Source of the DNA: Camelus ferus
Taxonomy: Eukaryota
Length of the DNA: 64,000 nt
Reading direction: 5' to 3'
Assembly: GCF_009834535.1 (NCBI RefSeq)
Contig: NC_045699.1
Location: 54,498,001 to 54,562,000 of the forward strand
Position numbers and translations under genes: made by a program. Of the stretch, positions 11,892-25,376 are shown piece after piece; the first letter of the stretch is position 1; each line of letters starts with the position of its first letter. The notes below the pieces were generated by a model. It did not search any database. It saw nothing but the letters and a program-made list of their open reading frames with translations, and was not told the DNA's origin.

Positions 11892-14800
11892 AAGGCATTG
11901 AGTCAGCTTTTCTGATCAAGAATTTATGTTGACCATTGCTCAATCCACTGGGGGTGGGTAAAGGAGTGCTGGGCTGCCTTTAGGTTTGTTTTTCTATTTG
12001 TTATTAAAAGGGAAAACAAAACTTGGAGATTGATTTTCTCTATTTAAATTCTGAGACACTTCTTTTTGCCAAAATCTCTTGAGAAATGATAAGGCAGCAG
12101 TGGTTGAAATACTTCTGTGGCTTTTAGCAAGGGAGGATTTAGCAAGTGAGAGTTTCCCAGGTTGGGTTTAGCTTCATATTTGTTTCTGTTCCAAACCTTT
12201 TTTTTTTTTTCCTCGTAATACCATAAGTTTGAGTATCAGCAGAACTTGGGGCAGATAGAATTTCATGGAATGTGTAATCCTTTGGGGGGTTGTATAATTT
12301 ACTCAAATAAACTTTCATGATGGGTTGGTTAAATAGGACAAAGTCTCCGCAGATTTTACTTGGCAAATTTTATTCTTTTCCTGTTTTCCTGATCAGACGC
12401 CTGTCCTGTCCCCTTCCAAGGGGGCAGCTGAGTAGTGTGAAAATAAGGGCTCTGGGCGGTGGTGCAGTTACTGCAGGGTATTGTGGGCTTGATAACACAT
12501 TACACTAATAATGAAATGATGTGGGAGTCTCAGCCTCAGCCGCTCCAGTGGGGGGCCTGGGGTGTCCTCCAGTGAGGGCAGGATTAGAGCTCTCTTAAAA
12601 GAGAGGAACCCCTCTCTTGGTTGCTTCACCTCTGGGCACCAGAAGTAATTAGTCCTTGGTTGACAGAGTGTAGGACTGCCCACCAAGGAGGGATCTTATA
12701 GTACAGAAACAAGAACAAGCATGTAGGAAGGAAACTGACATTTTTCAGTGGCAGCTTGACCTAATTTGCAAAATGTGGTATTTTCTAAAGCCATAGAGTA
12801 ATCCACAGACTCATAAAATCAAAGGTTACACTCTCTAAGAGGGCTTGGTTGTAGGGAAAACAGCCTAGAGGTTGGGGGAGTTCAGAACAACCTGATCAAG
12901 TTAGTCTACCCTCCAAAGCCTTGGTTTTGTAAACTGCAAAATGGGGCTCATAATACCTATGATTAGCTGTCCCTGTCAAGGATTAACTGCAGTCACAAAT
13001 CCAAAGTGGCTGGCAAATTTTCAATAACATCATTTTTAATAGATCTAAATTTCCCACCCTGGACCATTCAGGATCAAATAAGTTGACATTTAAAAAGTAT
13101 TTTGAAAACTACAGATACTAATTATTATTTGTGTTTGCCTCTTAGTTGACTTCAAAACTTTTGTTTGTCCCAGGAACAGAAGGAAAATATCCTTTGATCA
13201 TGAGACAGGTGCATGTTTAGTATGTTAAGTCCACTGTCTATTAAAAAGTGGCTTATAAAGTGGTCATTTAAACCCTTCCATATTCTTCTTAGTGGCACAG
13301 AACCTCCGGCTGTTTTCATCAAGTGTGTTCTTGGGTTGTAAGCTACTACAACCAAGATTAAATTTTGTGGGTCCCTCCAAGATTAAATGATGTGTGTGTT
13401 TTCTTACTGACTTAAGTCTAAAGCCGTAGGATGACTGGGAGGCACTGAGGAAATGACAGCTTCCAAACAGTCCATCGGCCTCGCAGAACCTGTGTCTTTG
13501 TGGGGACAAGTGAGACAGAGCTAGAGCTGCATCCAAGTGACTCCCAGGGGTCCCTCACCCCACCGGTTCCCCCCAGGTCTGAGTTACCAGGAGTGATGCG
13601 AGCATGATTCAGAGATGGTTTTATACAAATTTTTATTCTGGTTGAATCATCTGGGGGCTATTTCCATTTTTCTAGTGTCATTTGATTAGCTCAAGGATGC
13701 CCAGCCTTTATTGCTCTGAGTCATTGAGGGAGGCTGCTTGCTTATGAATGGGGAGACCCTGGGGAGGAAGAGGGTTAGCAGGTGTTCCCCCATGATGGGT
13801 ATCCTGGCAGATTCCAGGGGGGAAGCCCGTGGTCATGACTTCCAGCAAAGCCTTACTAAAACCTTGCGCATGACCTGCTGTGGAAACACTTTCACGTACG
13901 TTAATACGTGCATCTTCCCCTGGGAGGAGGCTGAGCTGACACCACCCTGTCCTATCCTGCACACCAAGAAACTGAGTCTCAGACAGGCTAGGTGAGTGGC
14001 TTAACGGCCCACACTTGGATCTGGTAAAACTCCAGATGGACACAGACCACCAGTTAGAGGAGAAGGGACAGTCTAGAAAGACTTTCTCTTTCGCCTTTAA
14101 ATTTTTGTGTTGGTTGGACAGCTTCCAAAGAATGACGGTAATTTTTTTAAATCATTTTTTTTGAAAACAAAAAATGTATTATGTCTGTGATTACCGTTCA
14201 AATTTAAGAAATTGAACAAGGACCTAATCAATCCAATAGTTCAGTCCTCTCATTTGTACAGATCAGAAGCACCAAGCAAGACAAGTGCCACTGAGTAACT
14301 TGGTCAAGGTGATACTTAAACTGGCGAGTGGCATAGAATAGATTTCAAAATTTAGTAGACTAAGTGGGATTATTTAAGTTCTGTATTCCACTAAATACAT
14401 GTTTAGCTGCCTGAACTAACGTAGATAACTCCAGGCCGTAGTGCTGAAAAAAAGGCTTCTGACCCTTGGCTTTTGGGGTCTGTGAGACCCCAAAAGACGG
14501 GTCCACATGTAACCCCTCCTTCCGGTTTTCTTTCACTGAAGATCAGTTATTTTTAGGTTAGCAACTTTTCTGGGTGATAACTGCCCTGCCTCACTTGCAG
14601 GATAACATTGTTACAGTTTCTTGTTGGTTAAATTTTGGCTAACACTGTAAAATTCGCTTAGACTAAAGCAGTGTTACTGAGTAATTATTTCATCTGGGAC
14701 TGATTTTTGGGATACCTGTGTTTTGGACATCACTGTGTTATTAACTAAGTGTTTTGCCTCGGGCTTCATATGCCTCATTTAAAAATATACAAGATCTGTA

Positions 14801-14984
14801 AGTTCATTCTAAGTAAAAAATACGGTTATTTGTGATTTTTCTCAGCATCATGTATTTATAGATAGTGCAGACCGTGGGTGTTAAGAAAACAGCGAAGGGT
14901 GAGATCATTAGTTCATATTAATTCATTTTGTTGGATTCTCCAATTTTTTTTCTTCTCAAAAATTTTCTCAGCAGGGGGATGGGG

Positions 14985-15078
14985 TTGGGGGTATAACTCA
15001 ATGGTAGAGCCCATGCTTGGCATGCATGAGGTCCCGGATTCAATCCCCAGTGCCTCTGTTAAGGGAAAAAAATAAATA
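14985..15078 (+). mobile_element. Camelid tRNA-derived SINE
   Basis: gggggtataactcaatggtagagcccatgcttggcatgcatgaggtcccggattcaatccccagtgcctc followed by an A-rich tail. Confidence 0.9.
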
Positions 15079-15688
15079 AGAATTCTTAAAAAAATTTTTT
15101 TTTCCTCTGAACCAGTGTAACACTACATCCAGGGAAATGTATTGCTTAAGCCTGTTTGTAAAATAAACTTTAACCATGTTTCATTATAAAACAAATCACT
15201 GACATGGTGGGGGAATGGGGGGAGGGAAAAAGAAGTAGAAAAGAAAAATGAGAAAATCCTAAATCTTCATCATTTTCCATAAGATTCAACCCAGTCGTCT
15301 ACTCCCCAAAGTGAGAGGCTAAGCCTTTTTGTTTGTTGTCTTTTGATTAAGGAAAAGGAAGCTGACATTTATGTAAAACTTAACTTCGTGTGCCTGGCGG
15401 TAAGGTACACCACTCTGCGTACAAGTTTGAGATGTATCTTGTTTCACTGCAGCTGCAGATGGGTCGTCAGTTTTACTTGTCTGCACAGCTTTATTACTAG
15501 CATCTTAGTAGGCCTGTAATCTAGATAAAGAAAGGAAAGAGAAGAAATAGGAAAATTTGAAGAATAAATTCCACCCCTTGCAGTGTGGCAGGAACTGTTG
15601 GTAATACTGAGATGTGAAAGGATCAGGCACTGTGTATTTAGATGCCCTATTAAGAAATCAGATCTAAGATAGGAACATTCAAACTTTT

Positions 15689-15816
15689 TTTTTGTTCGGG
15701 GGAAGGCAATTAGGTTTATTTTTATTTATTTATTTTTTAACAGAGGTACTAGGGATTGAACCCAGGACCTTGTGCACGCTAAGCATGCATTTTACCACTG
15801 AGCTATATCCTCCCCT
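15689..15816 (-). mobile_element. Camelid tRNA-derived SINE with 17-bp TSD (1 mismatch)
   Basis: TSD ggaaca(t/a)tcaaactttt at 15672-15688 and 15817-15833. A and B boxes are on the minus strand. Confidence 0.95.
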
Positions 15817-17949
15817 GGAACAATCAAACTTTTGAAAAAGTTCACTTAGATTTCCCAGGTGGCCGCTAGAGAATGGATTTGGAGGCGGGTGCAATGGTCC
15901 AAGGCCACTGAGGGCCTTTGAGGGCAGTGGGGACAACAAGGAAGAAGTACGTTTATTCTTCCCTGACCTTTCACGTGACGCCTCCTGGGCTCCCTTCCCA
16001 TCCTTCCTCCTTTTGTCTTTTTCTCCTCTGAGGGCAGGATTCCACGGCAGCCTTTCAAGATCTGACACTTACCTTATGCTCTGGGAATTTACCAAGTGAA
16101 TTCTGCTTCTCATAAACAGTAACTCATCAGCCAGGGTGGTACATGAGAGAAACAGGATGGGGTGTCCAGCCGTGGACCAGGCTGCCAGCGCCCAAGCAGG
16201 GCTCATTGCAACATTGTGCTTTCTGCCCATGTTTGAAGGATGAAGGAGGGCTGAGTTTGGACCAGGAGGGCAAAAAGTAGCCTCTTAAGATATCCTGCAG
16301 CCATGTGGGGATGGCTTGGGATGGTGGGCTCACTCTGGACCAGCACCATGGCTCGCCTGGCAGGTGCCCAAGCAGAATGGGGCAGCCTCTGATTGATCAG
16401 CGGTCTCCAAAACTGCCTGCTGCTAAGCTTGAATCTTTCTAGAATCATGCAGATGATAGACTTTGCCTGTGATGTCATGTGTGGAAAAGGAAGAAGAACT
16501 GAAGGTGGAACTCAGAAAAATGGCTTGTCTGTCCTGTGTCCTCCAGGGTCTGAGAACGGCACTGAGGGTTTGAAGGAGGGGATGGGGATGAGGATGAAGA
16601 GCACATTGGTTGAGAGAGATTTGGAGTCAGGGCACTGTCATCCTTAGGTGCAAGAGTCATGTCTTGTTTGGGGAGCAGTGTTTATATAGCTTAAACCTTC
16701 TAGAGGTATAGGAACCACCCAGAAGACGTAATTTCTCCATGTGATTCTTGCCCTTCAAATGCGGCCAGCCTGCCCGGGTAACCTACATCTAAGAGCAGCC
16801 AGCTGTTAGACTTCTCCGTGACTCATTGCCTCTCTTCTCTGCACTCTGCTCTCACTTCTCTGGCTACTCAATTCACTTCCCCTGTCTCCTGAGTTCTGCC
16901 CCAATTCCTTTTTGGTTGACACCCCAAATGACCCTATTTCTTGGGCTCACCCAGCTGGCTTTCTCCTCTCCTTCCTTGCTTAAGTTTGTGTGTCAACTCC
17001 AGTTTGATGCACTCAAGAGAACATTTTATTAGAAAATGGAACTCTGAGGCCAGGAGGAAGAGTAGAAATGCATCACCGTTTATTTTTAGGCTCAAGAATT
17101 CACACAGCAACAAACCCAAACTGTGAAGTAGTGCCTTAGGAAAGGTTTTGACCACCATGCCTGCCAGGTACAAGAAAGGAAAATTACAATAAATTCTGCA
17201 TTATTCTTGTAATAACCTCCTCATAAATTTTAAAGCACAGAATGAGCCTTTTTTGTAAAGCCCTGAAGCTTCTATCCACAAATCCATCTTAATGACAGAT
17301 ACTCTGTTCTGAGCAAGAGTGAGTCATTTCTGGTCTTGTGTTTTCAGATAAACACAAAGCTTTGGGGGGTGAAAATGCTGAAGTAAAAAGACTACAGGTT
17401 ATTCTCCCATGGGAGTTCCTGGAAACCTTTTCAAGTGGGACATTTGAAGCAAGCCTCGTGACCCGGCCTGAGAATTGCCATGGCTGACACGGGTGTGTGA
17501 CAGAATATTCTACAAGGACCTACTTTGTGATCCACAGACTCAGGCCATGGTTAGCCTGCTTGTTGTCTTATCTCAGTTAAAAGACTTTTGTTAAAAAGAA
17601 CAAACAAGAAAGTTCAGATGATGAGTCAAGAATGTATTTTAGATGCCAGCTCCAAGGATCTAACTAGAGGCCAAATAATAGTAAGTTTTCACCGTTTCTC
17701 CAGGAACTAAAGGTTGCACATCCAGATGTCATCACTTCTATATGGAAAATTCCCTCAAAAGTCTTTTGTCTGTGCAAGTTCTAAAAGAAAAAAATTTAGA
17801 GCACTCTATTTCTTAATTGTAACGAGCAAATGTATGATGAAGATGTGTTTTTTGTGGAGGCTGAATTGATTGCTACTTGGTATAAAATTTTTAACTTTTA
17901 TCGTTCCATCAAGATGTTTATATAGCTTCATGTATCTCTCCATCAAATA

Positions 17950-18510
17950 CGTATTAATTGCAAAGGGAACAGAGTAAATTTACAGTGGAGGAACCTGGCA
18001 GACACCATCCTAGTCACATATTCAAAGTTAACACCATCTGTAATTGGACAAATGGACACTGAACACCATCTAATGAGATGAACAAGAGAAAAATACAGCA
18101 TCTGTATTCCTACAAAAACTCATAACTTGGATCTAACCGTGAGAAAATGTCAAATACCCGAAAGTTGAAGAGCATTCAGCAAGATAACTGATTTGTAATT
18201 TTTAAGTGTCCAGGTCATGGAAGACCAAGAAAGTGCTCCAAATTGATGAGAACTAAATGCCGCACGAGACCTTGGATCAAAACATTTTGTTGATAATAAC
18301 ACCGTTGGGACAACAGTTGAAATTTGAATGAGGTCTGTAGTTTAGTTGGTAGGATTGTTAATGTTAATTGCGTGATTTTGAGGCTGTACTGTAGCTCAGT
18401 AGGAAAATGTCCTTATTTTTAGGAAATGTACACTGAAGTATTAGGAATAATGAGCCTTGTGTTTGCAACTGACTCCAATGGTTTAGAAAAAAATTATACA
18501 CATATACATT
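17950..18510 (+). mobile_element. Old L1MC-type 3' region
   Basis: tttacagtggaggaacctggcagacaccat...gttgaaatttgaatgaggtctgtag...ggaaatgtacactgaagtatt. Confidence 0.7.
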
Positions 18511-19204
18511 CTAATAACATCTTAAGGTAATGGACATTGTTGTAAGAGATGAATTAAAAGGATATCCTCTTTGATACGGAGACACTTATTTCTGCTGTCA
18601 GGTCGACGATCTTGAGAAAATTCTAGCTGAGGCTTGGAGTGCCAGCTTTTTCATGCACCAGTCCTGTAGTCTGCACCTGCTCTTCTGAGATTTGAGTGGA
18701 AAGTAATTTCAAATATGTTGTGAAATTTACCAATGTGATATTGCTGCTGTAAACAGGATTTAATCTGTTTAGGGTTTAGACGCCTTATCTTCAAATTCCT
18801 CTGACATGAAGTATTAAGCTACCACATAGAAGTGTTTGAAGACTGAATCAGATGTTTATGTGATTTATATAAGGGAATAGTTTGCCTATAATATTTAATT
18901 TTTCCTAATTATGAAAATACTACTGTAAAAACTGTAGATACACATAAAGTATAAAAACAAACAGAAAGTTCAAATAGAATCTCACCACTCAAAAACGACA
19001 TGCCACTTGGTACCATTTGGGCTCGTTCCTTTCCGATACATACTTTAAACTGTCCCCATTCTTGAGACCTCATGCTGAATATATAGTTTTTACTATAAAT
19101 TCAAAAAATAGTAAATACAAAAAATATAACAGAACTAAGTTTTGTATCCGAATGTTTTTATTCATTTTGGCACAAACATTTTCCCATTCATAAAATTTCA
19201 GACT

Positions 19205-19995
19205 TTTTTAAGCTTTTCATTTTAACATAATTTTAAACTCAGAAAAGAGTTGCAAAAATAGTACAAAGAATTTTTGTGTTTGCTTTCACCGGCTGTTAAC
19301 ATTTCCCACAGTTGCTTTCTCTCTCTCTCTTCATATTCATGTATGTATATGAGTCTATATGTAATGTATGTATATTATACATACTTTATATATAATTTAA
19401 ATACAATCTTTTCTGAACCATGAAAAATAAGCTGCAGATATCATGCCCTTTTATATTATTATATCGTCACAAGAAAGTTTTAAAATTCAGGAAATTTGAC
19501 ATTGATACAGTACTAATATTTAATATAAACTTCATTTTCATATATTGCCAATTTTCTCCAAAATGCCCTCTATAGCAATTTACTTTTACCCTCTAAACTG
19601 GGGCCCACCCAGTGCAGGATCATTTAGATGTCATGTCTCCTTAGCCTCTTCTCATCTGGAAAAGTTCTTCAGCCCTTTTCTTGACATTGACCATCGTGAA
19701 GAGTACAGACAACGTCCCTCCATGTAGATGAGTCTGGTTTCTGCACGTGGTCGTACTAGCTGTAAAATACTCCATTGAAATTTACTTAGATAACGGCTTA
19801 TGTTGGGCGGTTTGGTGGCCTCCACATGTTTGCCTTTGTAAATAATATTGCAGTGAACAGCCTTATACTTACGTTTTTGGAAGCATCCCTGAATATGTTC
19901 GTCTAATAGGATCTTGGAAATGAAAATAGGGGGTAAACTGGCACGAGGCTGAAGACTCCTGAAACATATTTCTCAACTGCTTTCAGAAGGATGAA
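19205..19995 (-). mobile_element. Old L1MC/L1ME fragments
   Basis: ataattttaaactcagaaaagagttgcaaaaatagtacaaagaa...tttgacattgatacagtact, and further on aataatattgcagtgaaca. Confidence 0.65.
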
Positions 19996-20074
19996 AATGA
20001 CAATCGTGAAATCTCCCAAGTTGCCAAATGAACCTCCATTTTCGAAACCCAGAAATAGGAAATAAAGACCTGTA

Positions 20075-20206
20075 GGGGGAGGGTACAGCTCAGTGGTAGA
20101 GCACATGCTTAGTGTGCATGAGGTCCTGGTTTCAATCCCCAGTACCTCCTCTAAAAGAAAATAAATAAATAAAAATTTTAAAAAAGCTTACCTTCCCCTC
20201 ACACAA
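20075..20206 (+). mobile_element. Camelid tRNA-derived SINE
   Basis: gggggagggtacagctcagtggtagagcacatgcttag...ttcaatccccagtacctcc. Short TSD aaagacct at 20064-20071 and 20207-20214. Confidence 0.93.
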
Positions 20207-20719
20207 AAAGACCTATGGAATATATTCGATATTGTCACTGTTTTTAAGTTTCCGCTAATATTTTTGTTAGATGTGCTGTGTTAGGTAAAAATGCAGGGTC
20301 CCGGGTTATGCATGCATAACGTTTAGAAGTATAGAGAAGACAGACTCACCGTGGAGGCTTGCCACGGCTGCCTTCGAGTTGTGTAGGCAAGCCAGTTCTG
20401 GGTTGCTTATTATTTTTAAATTGCTTCTGGCACCTGCCGAGGTAATGTATCTTTGCTTGGGACTCCCTTTCCCAGCCTATATAGACAAAGCTTTCATGGT
20501 GATTTTATGGGCAATTCTTAACATCTAGCCCCTGGAGGGAGGCTGTCACATAGACTGTGCCACCCCAGTGCCAGGCCAGGCCCAGCACTTGTCTCAGAGA
20601 TGATGCCAGTGGGCCTTTGTTCAATGAAGTGGATAGATTTGGTGGAGAGCACTCAGTGGGGCAGTTTTGGAAACTGGTGCTCTTGGTAGTTGATAGCAGA
20701 AGCTCCAGAGTGATTCGTG

Positions 20720-20850
20720 GCTTTGAGTCTCAGCTTACCACTTACTTGCTGTGTGACACTGGATAAATCCCTTAACCTCTCTGAGCCTTGGTTCCTTTAT
20801 CTGTAAAGTCCCATCTAATAGGGCAGCTGTGAGGACTAGATGAGATTAAA
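20720..20850 (+). mobile_element. MIR
   Basis: cagcttaccacttacttgctgtgtgacactggataaatcccttaacctctctgagccttggttcctttatctgtaaa. Confidence 0.8.
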
Positions 20851-21251
20851 AAAAAAAAAAAAACACATAGAAAACTCCCAGCGTGAAACTCTTAAGCCCA
20901 AATTCAGTGTTCGCTTTCGTGATTCTTGTGACAGCCCATTCTCTTGAAGGCTGTGCTTCGCAGTGGCAAAATCCCTTTCACATCTTGTGAGGTAGGCAAG
21001 CCAGGTGTTAGTTCTCCCATTTGACAGATGGGAAACCCCAGGCTCAGAGAGGAGCTGTGAACCCCAAGGCTGAGTCGCCTGTAGAAAGGGTGAGGCGGGG
21101 CGTTCATCTCCATCCTGTGACTTGCAGGTCAGGGCTCTTGTTCCCAAGATCTGCTGCCTGTTTCATAACTCTTTTTCTGGGAGTCCAAAGCTGTTTGGGC
21201 AAATGCTGAGTCAGCCCCAGGGTTTTTCTGCAGATATGTCTTGATAGAGAC

Positions 21252-21476
21252 CAGGCATCAGCAAACATTTTCTGTAAAGAGCAGACAGTAAATATTTTAG
21301 GTTTTGTGGCCATATGGTCTGTGTTGCAATTACTCTGCTTTGCTGTTGGAACTTGAAAACTGCCTTAGACCATATGTAAATGAATGGGCGTGGCCATATT
21401 CCAGCAAAACTGTATTTACAAGAATTAGGTGACAATTAGATTTGGCTCCGGCCTGGGCTGTCTTCACCAACCCCTG
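21252..21476 (+). mobile_element. MER58A (hAT-Charlie), near full length
   Basis: caggcatcagcaaacattttctgtaaag...gtaaatgaatgggcgtggc...caacccctg, with terminal inverted-repeat remnants at both ends. Confidence 0.88.
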
Positions 21477-21801
21477 ATTTAGATAGTCTGTGCATTCCTG
21501 GTGGAGGTGGCAGGCCATGTGCATTTCATTACTTTGGCCACACAAGAACCTTCTTTTGAATTTTTGGACGCAGTGAGAAATGCACCAGTAGCTTAGGCCT
21601 GACACTTAGTAGGTAATTAGTCACTGCTTGCTAAATACATGAGAATGTCTTCTATTAGTCTGTATTTCCCTATGGAGAAATTTTTTACGGTTAAATATTC
21701 CTGTAGTTTAAAAAATGATCATAGTGTGTTTAGCCCCTACGAAGTTTTAACGTCATTTTGTTTTTGTACCATGTCATTCTGAAATGACATTAAAAGCAGA
21801 T

Positions 21802-21881
21802 ATACATGTACAATTCAATCACTTTGCTGTACACTGGAAACTAACACAACATTGTAATCAGCTATACTTCGATTAAAAAAA
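21802..21881 (+). mobile_element. L1 3' tip (about 80 bp)
   Basis: aatcactttgctgtacactggaaactaacacaacattgtaatcagctatacttcgatt plus an A-tail; approximate TSD aa(a/g)gcagat. Confidence 0.8.
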
Positions 21882-24378
21882 TAAGGCAGATTGGAAAAAG
21901 AGCTCTTATCTCCAAGTGTATATGAAAAAAAATTCTCACATATTCTTAGTATTTCTTATATATCAGGTTGTTATTAGATTTTCATTCTCTTGCATTGAGG
22001 GTAATTTTTAATAAAAACTCTCCTTGGGGATTTAGACAACCTTTGTTTTAATTAGAAAGATATCTCATTTGCCCTCTGACACTACTGTTGACTCATAATC
22101 TTAAAAAATACGGGCTGAACACACATTTGTTCTTTCAAAAGTAAACAACTACCCTTTGTAACCGAGACAAGAACCAGCCTGTAGAATATTATTTCCCACG
22201 TGTAGAGTTTGATGATGTGCCCCAGAATCTCCTGGCTGTGGTCAACATTTCATCTTAAAAGCAGCAAATACACTTTTCTGATGTATACCAGGGGGTGGAA
22301 ACATGCAGCTTATTTTAATCTTCAAGCTGAGATGTTAGGTCCAGCATCTGCTTCCCTGGGTTTTCCCACAAGGAATCATACGGAAAAGACTTGGGGGGAA
22401 AATTGTTGTGATCCCGCTGATGGATGGAGCGGTGTGGTCCTCTCTAGGGGCCGCACAGCTTTGCACTGTGTGTCTGTGTCTCTGTGCTTGTCACCTCCTG
22501 GCAGAGACAGAGACTCGGCTTGGAAGGCTGGTGTCCCCTGTCTCAAGAAGCACCTTTGTTCCTTCTCTCGTCGTCACTCAGTTTTGTGAACGTAAGATTC
22601 TACCACGTGCAAGGCTCTGGGCTGGGCAGCCCTGGGGATATAAACACGTTACCCATCACTACTGTTACATCCCAGAAGGGATTTGAAGGTAATCTGAGGG
22701 CTGCATCTCAGAAGGGAGTCCAGTGGTAGCCATTGGCAAACAGGAAAAGTCAAGGTCTTCTGTTTTTCTAAAAGGGAAAAAAAAAGTTGGGGGAGAAAAA
22801 GCTCAGTCCATCAGTCTTCTCATCTCTGTGTTTGAGGCTACTAGGAGAAGTTTCGATAGAAGTTGCCAATAAGATTGACAGTTCTAGGTAATCAAAACCG
22901 TAGAGAAGTGATGTCAGCTAGGATAAGAGATGGGATGCACAGTGTAGCAGGTCCACTTAGCACACATAGTGGTTATGATTAAATGTGGGAGGCCCGTACT
23001 TAAAGCACCATCATCTCCGGCAATTTTTCTGATCCTTCCGCCTATAGAAGCTGTGCCCGCTGGTAGCTTAGAAAAGAATTGGCTAAGCTGAGTATTTAAA
23101 GTGTTTTGAGTCCAGGAAACCAAGAAACAGAAAGTGCAAGAATCTGTGGTTTATGTGAAGGTATTTTGTATCTTTCCAGCAATTGAATGAAAGGTACATA
23201 TTGAAAGTGAACGTAGTTAAATAGAAGGTGGTGCTGCGTCAAGGTGGGAACGTGCAGAACTTGCTTTGGGAGGGTTGGAGAGAGACTGTGCATATGTTAA
23301 CAAATGAGAGAAGATGATTCTTCTGACACTTGATTTGCTTATTTGCCCAAAGTCTTCTAGAAAAATGTGTATTTTGGAAAATTAATCACATGAGCTCAAG
23401 CTGAGGGTTTTCCTATTGATGAAATAGGTGATGAGTCCAGTGATATTTTTCTTAGCGGGGAAAATTCACAGCTTGCACCAGCACGTTTCGTTGAGCATGA
23501 CTGTTTGCGTTTTGGAATACACAGTGTTAGAGAAAGAGAAATTTTGGAAAGGCAGAGGGGTGAGACGAGAATTGTGGCTTGCATGTTGCCTATAATCATA
23601 CACTTCTTTTCTTAGGAGCCTATTTTTGTATTATGTTCTTAAAATAGCGCCCACCACGTTTACTGTCTGGCTAGGCAGGGCACAGCATTTCATTCACTGT
23701 TTGGGCTAACATTCTGTGGACATGAACTTTTTCCACAGACAGTCCCAGGACTGAAAGGGCCCTTAAAGGTCAGCTGGTCCAGCCCCAGCATCCGCTTCCC
23801 AAGTGATCCATTTCTGCCAACAACTAGAACCTGATTTTCCAGTGGCAGTCTAGTCAATTTGGACAGTGCCCAGGTGACAGAAAATTCTCCCTTATGTGAA
23901 CTGGAATCTCACACTGGCTTCTCTCTTTCTGTGCTTCATCCTTGCTGGGGGTTTCAGAGTCCGTGCAGTTCAGATGCTAGAGATTTGGAGGAATGTTTTC
24001 ATGCTCACACCACAGCCTCAACCACCCAGCCTTCCTTCTCCATCAGGTCCCCACTCCTCCATCTCTATTTCATTTCATAGTTGAAGCCCTTTACCACCAA
24101 CCTCCAACCTTCTTAATATGTGGAATCAAGAAAGGAACCTGTGTTCCAATCCAGAATATCACTTTTCTAGCTCTTAGTTTTACACTTTTGTGAATATAGC
24201 CCCAGGTAGCATCTTAACATGGGAGGGTTGGGCTCTAAAGGGTGAAACTTGGTGTGGTAAATAAAAGTCACCCCTGGAGTCACCCATAAAGTACCACCTA
24301 TAGAAAGAACACATGGTTTGGTGTCTGTAGCCCTTATAATAATTCCTGTTATCCTAAGGTTTAAAACTACTGATTTGG

Positions 24379-24626
24379 GGGGTGGAGGGTGGGAAGGGAT
24401 AGACGGGATTTTAAAATTATAGAATAGATAAACAAGATTATACTGTATAGCACAGGGAAACATACACAAGATCTTATGGTAGCTCACAGAGAAAAAAATG
24501 TGACAATGAATATATATATATTCATGTATAACTGAAAAATTGTGCTCTGCACTGGAATTTGACACAGCATTGTAAAATGATTATAAATCAATAAAAAATG
24601 TTAAAAAAAAAAACAAACCAAAAAAC
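24379..24626 (+). mobile_element. Young camelid L1 3' end with perfect 13-bp TSD
   Basis: TSD actactgatttgg at 24366-24378 and 24627-24639, with G-rich start, aataaa and A-tail. Confidence 0.95.
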
Positions 24627-24775
24627 ACTACTGATTTGGCCTAAAGAATGGAATTAAAGAAAAAACACATCTTATTTGCAGAAGACTTCCGAATAAAGAA
24701 AGTAGAATTAATAGAATATTTGATGCATCTCAGTGTTGTGAGAAGAGATTTAAAGATATGGTTAAAATTGGGGCT

Positions 24776-24923
24776 TATAGCCCAAGGAACTGTATTTGGT
24801 ATCTTGTAATAACCTTAATGAAAAGGAATATGAATATATATGTATATATATGCATGACTGGGACATTATGCTGTACACCAGGAATTGACACATTGTAACT
24901 GACTATATTTCCATTAAAAAAAA
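24776..24923 (+). mobile_element. Older L1 3' tip
   Basis: tatagcccaaggaactgtatttggtatcttgtaataacc...gctgtacaccaggaattgacacattgtaactgactata followed by an A-run. Confidence 0.85.
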
Positions 24924-25376
24924 TATTGGGCCATAAAAAATGACAACATAATGCCATTTGCAGCAACATGGATGTCCCTGGAGAATGTCATTCTAAGTGA
25001 AGTAAGCCAGAAAGAGAAAGAAAAATACCATATGAGATCGCTCATATGTGGAATCTAAAAAAAAACAAAACAAAAAAACACATAAATACAAAACAGAAAC
25101 AGACTCATAGACATAGAATACTAACTTGTGGTTGCCAAGGGGGCGGGGGGTGGGAAGGGACAGACTGGGATTTCAAAATGTAGAATAGATAAACAAGATT
25201 ATACTGTATAGCACAGGGAAATATATATAAGATCTTGTGGTAGCTCACAGCAAAAAGAAATGTGACAACAAATATATGTATGTTCATGTATAACTGAAAA
25301 ATTGTGCTCTACACTGGAATTTGACACAACATTGTAAAATGACTATAACTCAATAAAAAATGTTACGGAAAAAAAA
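24924..25376 (+). mobile_element. Young camelid L1 fragment including the ORF2 C-terminus and 3' UTR
   Basis: 24933-25058 translates IKNDNIMPFAATWMSLENVILSEVSQKEKEKYHMRSLICGI*, the typical L1 ORF2p C-terminus. The 3' UTR and A-tail follow. Confidence 0.95.
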
